From assembly GCA_046563655.1 (NCBI GenBank), contig CM102287.1, positions 6,138,001-6,202,000 of the forward strand: DNA of 64,000 bases, given 5' to 3'. The notes under the pieces were generated by a model. That model did not search any database, was not told the origin of the DNA, and was given only the letters and a program-made list of their open reading frames with translations. A program made the translations under genes and the position numbers. Position 1 is the stretch's first letter, and each line of letters starts with the position of its first letter. The DNA is from Yuukianura sp. NJ FZ-2021. Lineage: Eukaryota. Shown here in pieces: positions 1 through 13,368 of the stretch.

Positions 1-1219
1 GGCTCAAGGTAAAGTATCCACAGGGTGAAATTGAGTAATCCATATTTACAACAAAAGATTTCAAGTCCTTCAGGATTCCTCCAGATCTACAGCTACGATC
101 ACCTTTCAGCTTGAAAACTTCTTCCTTCAGCGCGGAATGCTGGATTACGTAAATAACAAAAGCAGATTTTACTTTACAATATTTTTTAAGTTCACAAAGC
201 AACTATTTATTTTAAACTTTTACCGATTGCTGTAATTTGTGGCAACTGTTTGCCAAAACCAACATTCGCCCACTCATGACCAAACCTGAGCTGATGAAGC
301 CAAGACTCCTCAAGTTCATTAATTCTACTCTGTCAAAAATCATTCGACAGACTAAAAATGATGACATAGAAAAAACTGCAGTGCCAAAAAAAAAATAGGA
401 AAGAATGATAAGTTCCATCGCAGCTGAAAAGTCGAAGAATATTCTTCTCAGCGTTGTTAGAGGCTGAATTACGGCACGTTCGATTCCAGCAGTTTTCCAA
501 TTGGTTGTTGCCCAACAACAATCAGAGGTATTATCTAACTTTTTCGCAATTTCCTCGGTACGAATGCTTATGGCGGCAGCGGTAGTGTAAAAGAACATTG
601 GAATTAGAAGAACTGTCGTATTGGCCAAAAATGCATGGAGAAGTGACAAAATTCGCAGAACCAGTTGGCCCCGTTCCACCCCGAAAATGGCGTCCACGGT
701 GTCTGCAATCGCTCGCACTGTTATAGGTGCGCTTGGTGAGGTGATTGAATCCAACATGAGTAGGCTATCTGTCCAACCAAAATCCAGCACTCCAGTGAAT
801 AGCCAAATCACAACAATGAGCGCCTGATCGTACCAGAAAGCTCTGCCATGAGAGCTTTGGAAATTGAAAACTCGGTCATACTGTTCAAGATTTTTCAAGA
901 TTTTGATACATTTTGGAATGGAAAGTGTCCAAAGGATGTAGTGCAGATAGCCAACAGGCAGACTTGTACCGTACATAACGGCGAGCGCTTTAGATTCAAA
1001 TTTGACGTCAGATTGGAATGTTTCTGGTAATGAAACTGCGAATGCTGGTAGTGCAAAACTTGCACAAAAAAAGTTGTATGCTCCTACAAAGCAGCACCAG
1101 GCGACACATAGCTTGCGTAATACGTGCTTGTATTTACCTCGAATTCGAAGAGTTGGAAAATGACCAACGATTTGGGTCAAATAACGCAGTTCCACCGTCA
1201 ATATAGTCAAATCCTGCAT
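1..1219 (-). CDS. Gustatory receptor-like 7TM protein, copy 1 (3' end runs off the window)
   Basis: Hydrophobic 335-aa first exon similar to the two downstream paralogs. A second exon at about 1-150 reads ..YSISPCGYFTLS, matching the (T/C)PCGYF exon of the paralogs. Confidence 0.8.
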
Positions 1220-2275
1220 GTTTTGATTGCGAATTTTCTTACAATTTTTTTTTTAGATTTTTAGATTTTTTTTTATTACCGAACATTAGAACATTACAAC
1301 AGAAATACGAATGCTACATAGTCCGAACCGAATTTTCTGGAATGATAATTTCTCATTATTCAATTTCTCATTATATAAGTGAACATAAGAACAATAAAAT
1401 GAATGAACATTAATGTGCTTAAACGAAGTGTGAAACTCTTTGTTAAAAATATTAAAGCATTTGAATTTGACTAAAGCAATTTCGTAAAGTAGAGGTTTGG
1501 CGATGGGTGGCATGCATAATTTCACTTAATAAAAATGGATAAAATCCAGATAGCCATACTAAATTAGCAAATATTTGAAGTAAACTTAAAATTCTTTTTT
1601 AAGCTTTTTCCTACTGAAGAAACAATTCCATAAGCCATTTTGAATTGGTCGATTAAAAAAGAATGACTCATGTGTCAAACCCTAAATTGCAAAGCGAGGC
1701 GGAAACAATACATCAGCAGAATTTACATAAATTAAGTATCTATAAAAGACTTTTAGTCAAGTACAAAGCAATAGAAAAAATTAACCTTGAAAAAAGGGCG
1801 GTAACAGCGTAAGGTAATTATAGACTTTTCCTTGTTCAATTTTTCTTTTTAACCAAAATGAAGAATTTACTGTTGTATTTAATATGTTTAAAGTGAAATA
1901 AACTTTCATATCCCACGCCGGAGTTTGAAGCAAAACATAAAGTACATGACAAATGTATTGGGCAAGCGTAACTAGCGGTTAAAATGTAATAGACGTAATT
2001 TCTCCAACAAAATTCCAAATTAAATTCTCCAATTGAATGTCACATTTAATGTGATTCCGTTCTTAACGTAAACGATTCATATGACACAAATACATATTAT
2101 TTTAATTAGCTAAAAACTAACGTTAGACGTAAAAGAACACACTAGCACGAGCTTTTTTTTTTAAATCAGCAGGAATCCAGAAATTGTACCTTGAATATAA
2201 CTTGAACTGGATATCCTATGCCAGTCAGGGATCAAGGAAGCAAAAAAAAAAATGACAACATTCATTTCAGTGTAA

Positions 2276-3734
2276 CTAAATCGTATTGAATTGGATCAGT
2301 ACAATTGTGTAAGTGACCACAATTCCCAGAATCTGCAAATACAAAAAAAAAGACAATGAATTTAAAGGAAATTTAACTTTTTTTAGACTATTTCTTCTTA
2401 AACTTTATTACTGCTGTCAATGTCGGTTTTTCCAGTTTGAAGTATCCGCACGGGCGTATTTGGAAATTTACGTTTGAAACGTAATGCTTTAGGTCTAATT
2501 CTTTTGCAAAGTTCGGGTCCGTTTTCCATTCGTCGACCGTGTTCATTTCGAGAACAGCTTCCTTTAATTCCTTGTACTACGAAATTATTTAAAATACAAC
2601 TTACTTATCAGTTATCACACATTTTCGATTCTTTATTTGATTTACACCGTAAATTTCCAAATACAACCCCTCTCCCGAATGGTAACCTGCGTCCCCCGGA
2701 GACCTCCAAAGAAATAGTGCCCAGGGGTTCTATTTAGAAATTTACGGTAATTTCACTCAAGAACTTACAGAGCTTTGAATTATTTCTCCACAATTTACGA
2801 TAACAATCATTCGAAGGATTAGGTAAATTGCAGTAGCAGGAAATGCTACAACAAATGCGCTAGAAAACTTCTGCGTGTTCACAACGCAGCGAAATGTAAG
2901 GAACGACATGTTGCATGTAATGGCTGAGCCGAATAGCATGCACAACAGGATGAGTCGTTCAGTTCCAGAAACGAATCCAAGAAATACGAGTCTGAGCCCT
3001 TTCAATTTTTTAAATATGGAGGCAGAGTTCGCAGATTGCATCAGATGGCTTCTGTTTCCACTGCGCAAATGTTGCCCAATATCTTGCATACGCCTAGAAA
3101 TAGCGATTGCCACAGTCAGCACTGTAAATTGACTCAACATGGTAGCAGCTGTCAGTAGCATGTAATGTAAGAGAGTGATGATTTGGAGTACTCTGTGTGC
3201 CATAAGAGGTCCAACAAGATCGGCTAATTTTTCTGCAAGGTAACATCCTTTAGTACATCCGTTTTCTACAATGTATTCTGAACGAGCGAAATCCAAAATA
3301 GATGCCATAATCCATGATACAACAGTAGCTGCCTGATTCCAACCGATCAGTAAGCTTCGGTTGTTTTGCTTTTGACCTCCAAATACGATGTCGTACTGCT
3401 CCAAACTTTTCCAAATTTTCATTACATTTGGAATTGATGAAATCCATAAAACGTAGTAGGTGTAATTAAACAGTGCTCCGGTAAAGCTCAAAACGCCAAA
3501 AACTTTCATTTCGAATTGAACATTTTCTTTGAAAAGAGTATTTTTAACGAAAGTCACAACAACATTTGTAATAAGTATGGCGAAAAAGAAGTTAAAAAAC
3601 GTTATTGCAATACACCAGAACAGTCGAAGTTGACGGCAGAAATGGAATTTTGAAAACTTTGCCTCTCCGAAAGGTGTTTGTCCCAGAATTTGAAAAATTC
3701 GTAGAAGAATTTTGAAAATTTGCAAATCTTCCAT
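2276..3734 (-). CDS. Gustatory receptor, copy 2 (multi-exon)
   Basis: Long hydrophobic exon 1. The last exon (about 2276-2332) reads ILGIVVTYTIVLIQFNTI*, containing the GR TM7 signature TYhhhhhQF. Confidence 0.85.
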
Positions 3735-4499
3735 ACTGTAATGATAGGTCTTACTATTTTAAAGTGAATTCAATGTTTTTATACTCGTGTCGAAACTAAA
3801 ACTGACTATTTGAACTGCCTTTTGAGATGATGGTCACTAAAAGTAAGATTTTCTTGTTAATCAAAACAGTGTACCTTTGAATTTCCAAATTCATTTTAAT
3901 TTCGTTTTGCTGTAGTAAATGAAAAGCATTTTGCTGTTCTATTATCTGATCGAAATCGAAGTGACATTAGCAAAAAGAAAACACCCCAGCCCTTTTGTTT
4001 GTTCTACTCGTTGTAGGTTTAATTTCTCATATTATAAAGTAAGATTGATTTAGCAATTCCCGAATAATTTCTATGTTTCTCTTTTTAATTTCGGATACAA
4101 TTTTTTTTCGCGAACTGCGAATATTCACCCAGAAATTAAAAAATTGGTAAAAATCCTTCAAAACCTTGAAACTCTTCCATTCTATTGTTAAGAGAGTCTT
4201 CAGCTCAATAGGTTGAACGTCTTTAGGACTTCTATATTGTTCGTCTAATTTAATTAGTACATTTAACTTAATAATTTAATTGTTTGCATTCATACTGTAT
4301 CTAAGCTAATAGAAGGAAAGAAATGTATTTGTAAAGATTCTACCAAATTGAAGGTTAATCTTCAATTTTCAGGATTAAAATAGCCCGAACAAAAACCATT
4401 CGAAAACGTTTTCTTTGTTGAACATAGGTAAGTAAGGTGTTTTCTGTATCCACATATTCCATACAGGTCATGTCACACTTCATCTAACTGAAATTTCAT

Positions 4500-5894
4500 C
4501 TAATTTGTGTTGAATTGGATGAGCACAATTGTATAAGTAACGAGGATCCCAAGAAGCTACAACAAAAACGATTTCAAGGTCTTATTTTTTTTAAACATAG
4601 AATTACGAATTTATCATCTAATTTCAATTACTGCCGTCATTGTAGATCTTTTCAAGGTAAAGTAGCCGCATGGACAAATCTGGAAATCCGTATTTGAAAC
4701 GAATAATCTCAATTTCAAGTTGTCAAATTTTTCGTCAGTTTTCCATCCCGCATCCAATCCAAGAACTGTTTCTTTCAAGTTCTTGTACTAATTACAAAAA
4801 TAGAAACTTTAATTCGAATTTGATGTTTCCTTTTTACTTCATTCTCTGAAACTTACACTGTTTTGAACCATTTCTCCACAATTTACCAAAACGAGCATCC
4901 GACAGATGAGATTGACAGCAGTAAGAGGTAGAGCCACAATGAACGCTGTGGATAATTTTACCGGACTGATAATTATGCGAAACACGAGAAATGACAAGTT
5001 GCATGTCATGATTGTTGCGAACGCCATATAGAGTAGCATGAATATTTCCGTTTCCGAGACGAATTCAAGAAATATTGCTCTGAGAGCGTTCAAATTTTCA
5101 AAAATAGCGTAAGAGTCGCCGCCTCTGCTGTTTTCCCTTGGGCGAGTTTCTGAACACGTCCGAACATCGAGAAATAGCCTATTTGCTGGCTTTTGCGTTG
5201 AAAAAGTGGCTTTGCTGTCCAAATGCTCACGAAGTTGATCCAGGCGTCGGCAAATGGCAATGCTAAACAGCAATATGGTACACTGACTCAATATAGCACC
5301 AGAAGTTATTAATGCGTAATGGAACAGAAAGATTACTCGAAAAATGGTATTTGTTGCTTGCATTCCAATGACATCCGCCACTTTTTCTGGAAGCGCCCGC
5401 CACTTATCTAAACCATACTCTACTATATACTCTGAACGAGCAAAATCCAAAATAATTGCCAAAATCCATGCAAAAGTAAGCCCTGCCTGATTCCAACCGA
5501 CCAATAGGCTTCTGCCATTTTCCTTTTGACATCCAGCAGCTATTTTGTCAAACTGCTCCAAACTGCTCAACGTTTTGATTAACTTTGGAATTAATAAAAT
5601 CCAAAGAACGTAGTATACGTAAGCAGCTATTGTTCCTACGGCACTCACCAAACCAAACATTTTAAGTTCAAACTCAAGTTGATGATTGAACAGAGCGTTT
5701 CGAACGGAATAATTTATAGTAAAATTTGCAATCGGTATGACACAAACTATATGATACATACTCACAAGGCTCCACCACAACAAGTAAACCTTGCGGTAGA
5801 AGCGATATTGTGAAAAATATGTGGGTTCAAAAGGAAAATGACCCAGAAATTGCACAACTCGTAAAAGAAGTTCAAAAATTCGTAAGTCTTTCAT
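4500..5894 (-). CDS. Gustatory receptor, copy 3 (multi-exon)
   Basis: Close paralog of copy 2 (shared RSLL.GWNQA and ILDFARSEYIVE). The last exon reads LLGILVTYTIVLIQFNTN*. Confidence 0.85.
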
Positions 5895-6953
5895 TTTTTT
5901 TCTAACAATGACCAGTCCAGTGAGTTTGTCAACCGTCGACGTACTGCTACTTTTCTTTACTAATTTGTAAAGTTAACTTCAATTTTGTTGTTAGTTGAGT
6001 ACACAGTTAAAATAAAACTGGTCTAGTTCATCTAATTCGTTTTGTTTTTCATGTGCGCTTGTCAATCATATTTTTCTTCAAACCCAGAATTACGGTGTTC
6101 AATTGCCGAGTCATTAATGATCGTTGTTTTCTATTGAGTAGGAACAATAAATTGAAGCATTTTTTCGGTTGAGCTGAGCAAACAGGTTAGATTAAACAGG
6201 ACCACACCCGTTACCCCATTTTTTTTCGTAAATTTTCCCCATTATCATAATTTGAATTCGAATTTTTCCAAAAATATGTAACTTTCGTCTGACCCTTTTG
6301 CTGAACATTTGAAATTATGTATTTAGTTAACAGTAATGACAACGAAAAAATAGCATTAGTAAAGCATTGGATTCCATCTTAAAACTTTGCTGCTGAAAAG
6401 TGAGGGACTATTGAAAATCCATTTGTAGCACTGGAAGTTGATAAATTTTGAAAAATAAACCTCACAATTGTGACACTTATGAGTGGACGTGAAAAGTATT
6501 CCGTGAAAAGCGCTTTTGTGGAAATAGTAATAAATTGACAAATGCATTAAAAGGCGGATAGGGTGGATTATTTGCTTTATCCGTTAAGTATTTTTTTGTG
6601 GATATTCTAGTTTCCATAAATAGTTTTAATGGGTTGTCCCTTGTCCAATTAACTTCATGGCTTCTTAACTTCATAGCAGTAAAACGAAGAATGTGGAGAA
6701 TCTTTGTGATAGGTATGTTCGTCATAGATACAAAATCTACAATCCACACTTTTAAAGACTTATCAAGAGCGATTGTCTCTTCCTTGCAAATTCCCTTTTC
6801 GCAAAAATAATAAATGAAGTGGAACGGTGCAAGACGTTTGATTGCGTATTGCGATACAATTTCATAGGATTTAGTAACACAGTGAGAATAGAATCAGTCC
6901 GATGTGTACAAACAACATGACAAATTTCACAAATCCAATTGTAGAGGAAGAAG

Positions 6954-6990
6954 TATAAAAAGGCGAAGATGAATCTGTGAATTCATTCAA
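6954..6990 (+). promoter_or_regulatory. TATA box and Inr-like element of the glycine-rich peptide gene
   Basis: TATAAAA at 6954 with TCATTC about 30 nt downstream; ATG at 7037. Confidence 0.55.
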
Positions 6991-7036
6991 AACTTTTATT
7001 CAGAACTAAAAGCATATTTGAAAATCAGAAAGCAGC

Positions 7037-7336
7037 ATGGCTCATTTGAGGGGCTTTTTGGTTGGAATTTTGATTCTTGTCGTGTTGGCAATGGTTGCAG
7101 TTGATCAGGCTCAAGCCGGTTACAGACGCTATGGTGGATATGGCCATGGTGGTGGTGGATATGGCCATCGTGGTGGTGGATATGGCCATGGACATGGTGG
7201 GTACGGAGGCGGTCACAGGGGTAAGATTTAATTGGATTAGCTGGTGCGAATTTTTGCAAATATGATTCTACTTAAAAAAAGTGAGCATTATACCAAAATC
7301 CTCTTAATTTTAATAGGGTACGGCTACGGAAGGTAA
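7037..7336 (+). CDS. Secreted Gly/Tyr/His-rich peptide (67 aa, 2 exons), antimicrobial-peptide-like
   Basis: Signal peptide ending AQA, then GGYGH repeats. A GT-AG intron at 7221-7316 gives the C-terminus ..GHRGYGYGR*. Confidence 0.85.
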
Positions 7337-8129
7337 AAAATCGGATGTGAAAGACCCTCCGGTGGCTCTACACGAAGACTGAGGTGGCATTTTTGTAACA
7401 CATTGGGAACTTCTTCAGATTTAATTTTTTCTAAAAAAGAATCTAACTATAATTACAAAAAAAAAATTTCTTCTACAATTAAGATTCTTGGAGAATACAA
7501 ATCATAAATGATTTCCGAATTAAACGAATAGTTTGCCAATCATATCATATGAGCGAAAAACATTTCTTATGCATACTAAACTAAACTGCTTAATAAAGTA
7601 ATTTTCAAATGAAAGCAATTGAGAACTCTGAATGTGTTTTCCTTAATCAGAGAAAGAATTAAAACATTTCAGTTTTTTTTTTTAATTTGATCAACCAACA
7701 GATTGGAAACGTGTAATTCGTTTTAGTCCTGAAATGCCGAAAGGCATAGCATTATGCCCAGCGTAACCACTTACTATCACTAGACTTTTCTTTCGGTCTT
7801 CCGGTGGAAAGTGACCTCTGGACATTCCGGATCGACTCGTTAAAATCGGATTAAATTGACCGAAACGTATTTTAACGTTGGAAAATGTTGGGGGTGTGGC
7901 TAACGTTAGAACATGCCGCATGTGCCTACCGTGATGCACTTTGGCCAGACGTTTTAGGTTTTTCATTTGTTTTAGACATTTATGGCTATTTTAAAAAGTG
8001 ACGGAAACTGAGAACATGCGGTTGTGGCTTGTGGCATTAATCAAAGCCAAAAAAAGTGAGAATGTTTTATGAAAGCTAGCATTGTTAAGTTTTGGTTTTT
8101 GTTGCTTCTAAAAACTTATTTCAATATTT

Positions 8130-9373
8130 TTAGAACGTAAGGAGCATGGTAATTGCATTGTCAATGATGATTTTCATAAAAGTCATAAACGTAATTCGCT
8201 TAATTACAAAATACGATCCGACTCTGACGCCTAATGGTCTGCAAGAGACTAGCAATTTCTGGTGATACCGAAAATGCGGCGACGTTGGTACTAAGAATTT
8301 TGCTCTTCGAATAACATTGTCCGAGCTTTCATGAATTCGGTAAGACGCTGGAATTGTATCCATTGCCATCAAAAGAGTTCCAAAAGAAGCCATTCCAAAT
8401 CCAATGACGCCAAGTTTCACATAGCTGAAGAGTCGTACTACGACGTAGTTACTGATAACGTTCGCTCCTAAAATCATGCCAAGAATGAACGGCAAAACCT
8501 GTGTTTGAAAACAATCGTTGAACCGGTTGTTTACGACTTGCAATATTCTGTAATTCCTGATGATTTCTCGAAAATCGCGACCACTATACAAAAGGAAAGT
8601 TTCAAAAAAAATATTAAATTTAAATTGGTTAAATGGTTTAAATTATTTTTACCATTGGATGTTGAGACACACGGTTGTGCACTTGACATAAATGAGAAAA
8701 AAGACGGTGTAGAGCAAGATGGTTGAAGCTACCTGCATTGAAAGATACGATTCGAATAATGCTAGTGGTAGGATTTTCCAACGCTTAGCGACCCGAATTC
8801 CAGTCAACGAAAAAAGTACTTTGGGTTTGTGTCCATTGTTTTGTAAGCAATAATAAACACTGAACAGCAGTAAATGTATATTGCAATCACAATTTTTCGG
8901 GCAGAGGATTTCACTTGTGTCGGAGTTCCTCTTTCCTCTACAATAAAAACCAAATTCGAAAAAATATTAAGTGTAATTTTTGAAGCGATTCATTTAAGCC
9001 TGAACTTACGTTGGGTGAAGTACCGGTTCGTTTTGATGAGTTCGTTGACGAACATTGCAAAGTCTGCAGTATGATGATAGGTATTGGTTTGGAAAGAACA
9101 GTTACAAATAAAAGTGACTACATTAAACAAATTCAAAAAGAGCTTAGTGTAAGGCAAGCCCAAACAGCACGCCGACTGGACGAAACGAATCGTCATGAAA
9201 ATTGTATTGATAAATATGTAGACCATGCCTAGTTTCCATTTAAAAAAGGCAAAGCGTGACTGTTGTAACCTGACTTCTTGAAAATGCGAATCCCACTTGT
9301 AAGGAAAACTCCCTCACGTTCCACCAATTTTTATGACTAACTTAATAGCGTGTAAAAGCGGCTTAGACAACAT
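8130..9373 (-). pseudogene. Divergent chemoreceptor-like 7TM gene with a premature stop
   Basis: ATG at 9373 reads MLSKPLLHAIKLVIKIGGT*GSFPYKWD, with an in-frame TGA at 9314-9316, and continues in frame into the 9226 ORF. The C-terminal exon has the RPLGVRVGSYFVIKRITF motif. The frame of exon 2 is ambiguous. Confidence 0.65.
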
Positions 9374-9570
9374 TTTTGACGTGTGAGCAAAATCCAACTA
9401 AAGTCAAGTTGAACTAAAATTGGAAACGGGATGAGCCTCAGAATTTTGAAAAATCGAAAATCTATTAAGGTGTTACCTAATAATTAAAACCATTAAGACG
9501 TTATCAACTACACCAAAGTTTAAGAACGGAATCATCATACAATTTTTATCTTCATCGTCGTTCTTTCTCA

Positions 9571-9825
9571 GGGAGCACGCCATTGTTTCAAATGAATTGT
9601 TTCAAATACGAATTGTTTCAAAAAAAATTGTTTCAAAACACCAGTTGTTTAGGGTTTAAGGCTTAGATTAGGTTAATTTGGATTAGAATAATTAAGTTTA
9701 GGTTAGTTATGTAATTTTAGGTTAGGTTAGGTTAGGTTTAGGTATGAAAATTAGGTTTTTGAAACAATTTTTTTTTTAAACAATTCGTATTTGAAACAAT
9801 TCATTTGAAACAATGGCATGGAACC
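9571..9825. mobile_element. MITE with long TIRs, 8-bp TSD and internal TTAGG-like repeats
   Basis: Termini GGGAGCACGCCATTGTTTCAAATGAATTG and CAATTCATTTGAAACAATGGCATGGAACC, flanked on both sides by CTTTCTCA. Confidence 0.8.
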
Positions 9826-10326
9826 CTTTCTCATTCGTCGAAACGACATTATTGTCGCTAGTTCATTACACAAAACGAGTGTCTTCGAGGTCTATAACCT
9901 TCCAATCCCATAAAGCATAAGATTAATGAAGAGTCGAGTTAGCTTTGATCAACTTATAGCGCTTTTGGAAGTATGATATCTGGTCAAAATCAAATTTACT
10001 TCAACTTTTAAGACAATCGCTAGAAATTTTTCTAAAGAGAAGCAACTTGCCTTAACTAAATTACTATTTTTTTTTTAGTTTTCGAATATGGTAGATATTA
10101 AAATTTGGTTTGCGGATTTACGGAACAGAATTTGCGGTTATACATGGCATCTATTTGAACAAAACTGATAAACCTGAGTACTGATACACAGGGTGTCTGT
10201 TTCAGAAGTCACACATCAAAAATACTTTGTGTGTTTGTTTTTTAAATTCGTTTATTTATATTTTTAAATTAAAGTTTCTAGTACTTGTCATTAATACCCA
10301 CACTGCTTTACATCGTAATAACTAAT

Positions 10327-10402
10327 GGTAGCACGCCATTGCTCCGAATGAATTGCTCCGAAACGCTTCTGAGCAATTCATTTGGAGAAATGGCATGGAA
10401 CC
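10327..10402. mobile_element. 76-bp mini-MITE with the same termini and a 9-bp TSD
   Basis: GGTAGCACGCCATTG..AATGGCATGGAACC, flanked by ATAACTAAT on both sides. Confidence 0.75.
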
Positions 10403-11799
10403 ATAACTAATAACCTATTGGTTCGATTAAGCTAACGTGAAAGTTAAAATTACCAATGAAAATTACATATAAAGTTAATATTACTTTAATTCTAACAGTA
10501 TGTACTCCTAATTATGATAAATTCTAGGCGTAGTTAACTTATTATAACATTACTATATCCTAATTATATTTAATTCAAGCGCCTGCTTCTGTAAAAGTGC
10601 TTGTTCAATTTTGTGCTAAAACGTTAGTAACTACTATAGCCTCCCTAATTTTTCTATCTAGATTGTTCATAGCCGAAAAGATCTTGCGTGGAGTGTTGAA
10701 ATACCGTATTTTCTCTGTCCTGTAACAACAAATTTACGTTTCGCTTTTTATCAACAACATTAGGAATATATTATATTTTGGTCGTAGCAAGCGTTAACTT
10801 TCATGTGCCACACCATATTATGTTTTTCTATCTAGGAGAGAGCTTAAGCCAAACTGTGAATAGTTTAGTATAGGTAGTGTTTTTAAGTTTTTACATAAGT
10901 TCGTGTTTTCTTGAAAGTAAGTATTTTGAAAATCCGAACTTATATAAAGTTATAACTTAGATAATGTCCAATTCGAATGGCAACAAAAAGGTTTCTCATT
11001 AAATGTTACTTATGGGGTACTGGAAAAGCTTAACAAAAAGTTTGGGATAAGACATTTTTAAGCTCCGCCAAAGCTGAAACTACAAAAACCTTTTTACACG
11101 ACACGGATTTTTCATTTCCTCCCTCATCCATATTCAACACCAAAAATACTGATCGTAGATACGTTGATACGTACTTTGCTTAACACAGGGTAAACAATAC
11201 TTTAAGGTAATAACGTCTAAATGCTGAAAGCAAGAAAGAATATCTGTAAATATTTTTCAGTGAAATGATGCTTTGAATTTTCAGTTGTTTGCAAAAAATG
11301 TAAATATTTTAAAATGTTTTATCTATCTATCAATACTATCTATAAATCTATCTATAAATCTATCAATACATCTGTAAGTGCTACGCTGAAAACTTGGGTT
11401 CAAGGCTCGAATATTTAAAAAACAATTAGGAGAGGAAACGGCCTGTGAAAGTCGAACTCCGGGTAATGTGAATTATGGTATGATTTTTAACGAGATTGCA
11501 GGCCAAACCTGCCACACCGTGCTTGTGTATACAGACTAAAGTCGATATTAATTGTTCAAAATGGCCAGATTTTTTTGTGAAGTAGATTTCAATGGTTACA
11601 ACAAATATTAAATGGAGAAATATTGTCCCCACTTATCGTCAATAGTATTTCCAGAAATTTCTCGCATAGGAGTTACAGAGAAGCAGCTAAATAAACTAAA
11701 CTGTAGTTTGCCGTAAACATAACACAGTTAAACTAAACACTACCGACCTTAAAATATAGGTTACTTAAAAAAAATAAAGCAACGCATCCACTTTAGAAT

Positions 11800-13368
11800 T
11801 TAGCTTGCTGTCCCAAACGCACACAACAAAAAGACTGTTTTGTCCACTACGTTATTGAGAAACTCTAGTACGCTTCTCTCATCGATTTTGTAGGAATGGC
11901 CTACAGTTACAGTAATTGGTTGGAGATGTCGTATTTTCTTTTTAAAACAGTTTAGTTCATTTACTTCCTTCTGTCTTCCGCCTCCATGAACTCGTTTTTC
12001 CTGTTCAAACCGTTTCCATCTTTGAATAACTTCGCTACTTTGAATTTTGAACGTTGCAGAGCCTGCAAGGAATGATCCCATGAACAGCATCGCTGCGACG
12101 CCAAAGGCGAAAGCGGCTGCGCGGATTACAAATCCAATTGTGGATGTAAACGCGAGAAAGAAGGCAATGGAAGTTATGATCAGCAGGCTGAGGTTAGACG
12201 CAGCAAGTGCATAAGAAAATAACTCATCCATTTGTTTCAAAATGAAAAAAAGCTCGACGTAAATCCGAATTCCATTGAATGGATTTGCAGCAGACGTATC
12301 GTCGTTGGTCAGTTCCGTACGATACCTGGGAAAAGGAAATTGAGATAAGTAGCATGAGAGTTATTCTGCCCAACCTCAATAGTAATCTATAAAATTTATT
12401 TCTTTTTGAAACCCTATGTTGTTAAGGTGTTGTATTGTAGTGTATCCACCAGAGATGAAGAAGATGATGTACAAAAGTAGCCGGCCGAATTGCATTACGT
12501 AACTGTAGACGTAGATTCCAACACCAAAAGTCATGCATGCTATGATTGAAAGTATTAGCGGTGTCGGTTTGCCTGAAAACATGAGTCAAACAGTTAAAAA
12601 AAGACAAACAATTTTTGCGTTAATGATGACGTCATGAAATCTTCTTTTCCTTAATTCTTTATGGAATCCTCCTTAATCCCAAAAGGATACACACCTACAA
12701 TGACCATCACCGGTTCACGAACACCAAGTTTCCAAATTTCCCAAAAGTCAATCCAAAATATGAAGGGGACGAGCACACCGAAAGCGTTGGCAGTACAGTA
12801 CAGAACATCCAGCAAACGGAAAACCCGCTGCACTGATTTTTCCACCTTTGTGTCTGACCTCAGTTGACCTTCCGTTTTGGAGTAGTGTACTGTTTGGAGT
12901 AAATAAAAACAAAAATCAATTCAAGTCATTTTGAGACAGCGGCGGGACAATATGGAAGAAATTTGAATGAGAACGCTTGGTGTTCTCTTACTTACTGTCA
13001 CAATAGTCAATCAGGCGACTAAAGTAATTTGTTGTAAAGACAAATTCTGCCTCATGTCGCCAAACTACATTGTCTGCTGCAATTCCAATGAGACAAAGAA
13101 AAAACAATCCAATTGTGCCTAACCACACGCATAAAGAGAGTTGACCTCGTTTAAACAGCGTATCAGCACACCAAAAAATGTACAAGAGCGTGGGTGCCAG
13201 TAATAGTGTCAAATAGTGATTGAGAATAACTTTGACTCTGACCAGCTTCCCTGTTTCAATCAAAACAGCTCTTTTAGGAGTGAGAGTAAATCGAAATACG
13301 CCCAACCATCGACCGTAGCGCAGACATTTGTCTGCCAAAATACACGTCTGCCGACTATACTGAGGCAT
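11800..13368 (-). CDS. Divergent chemoreceptor-like 7TM protein (4 exons)
   Basis: Hydrophobic ORF pieces can be joined by GT-AG introns. The C-terminal LQPITVTVGHSYKID motif resembles that of the 8130 gene. Confidence 0.7.

Noticed and set aside
6996..7265. His-rich and Met/Thr-rich ORFs overlapping the glycine-rich gene
   Set aside because: They are alternative-frame or antisense shadows of the GGYGH repeat.
7037..7336. Springtail-type glycine-rich antifreeze protein
   Set aside because: It lacks the regular Gly-X-X, Ala-rich repeat and is rich in Tyr, His and Arg instead.
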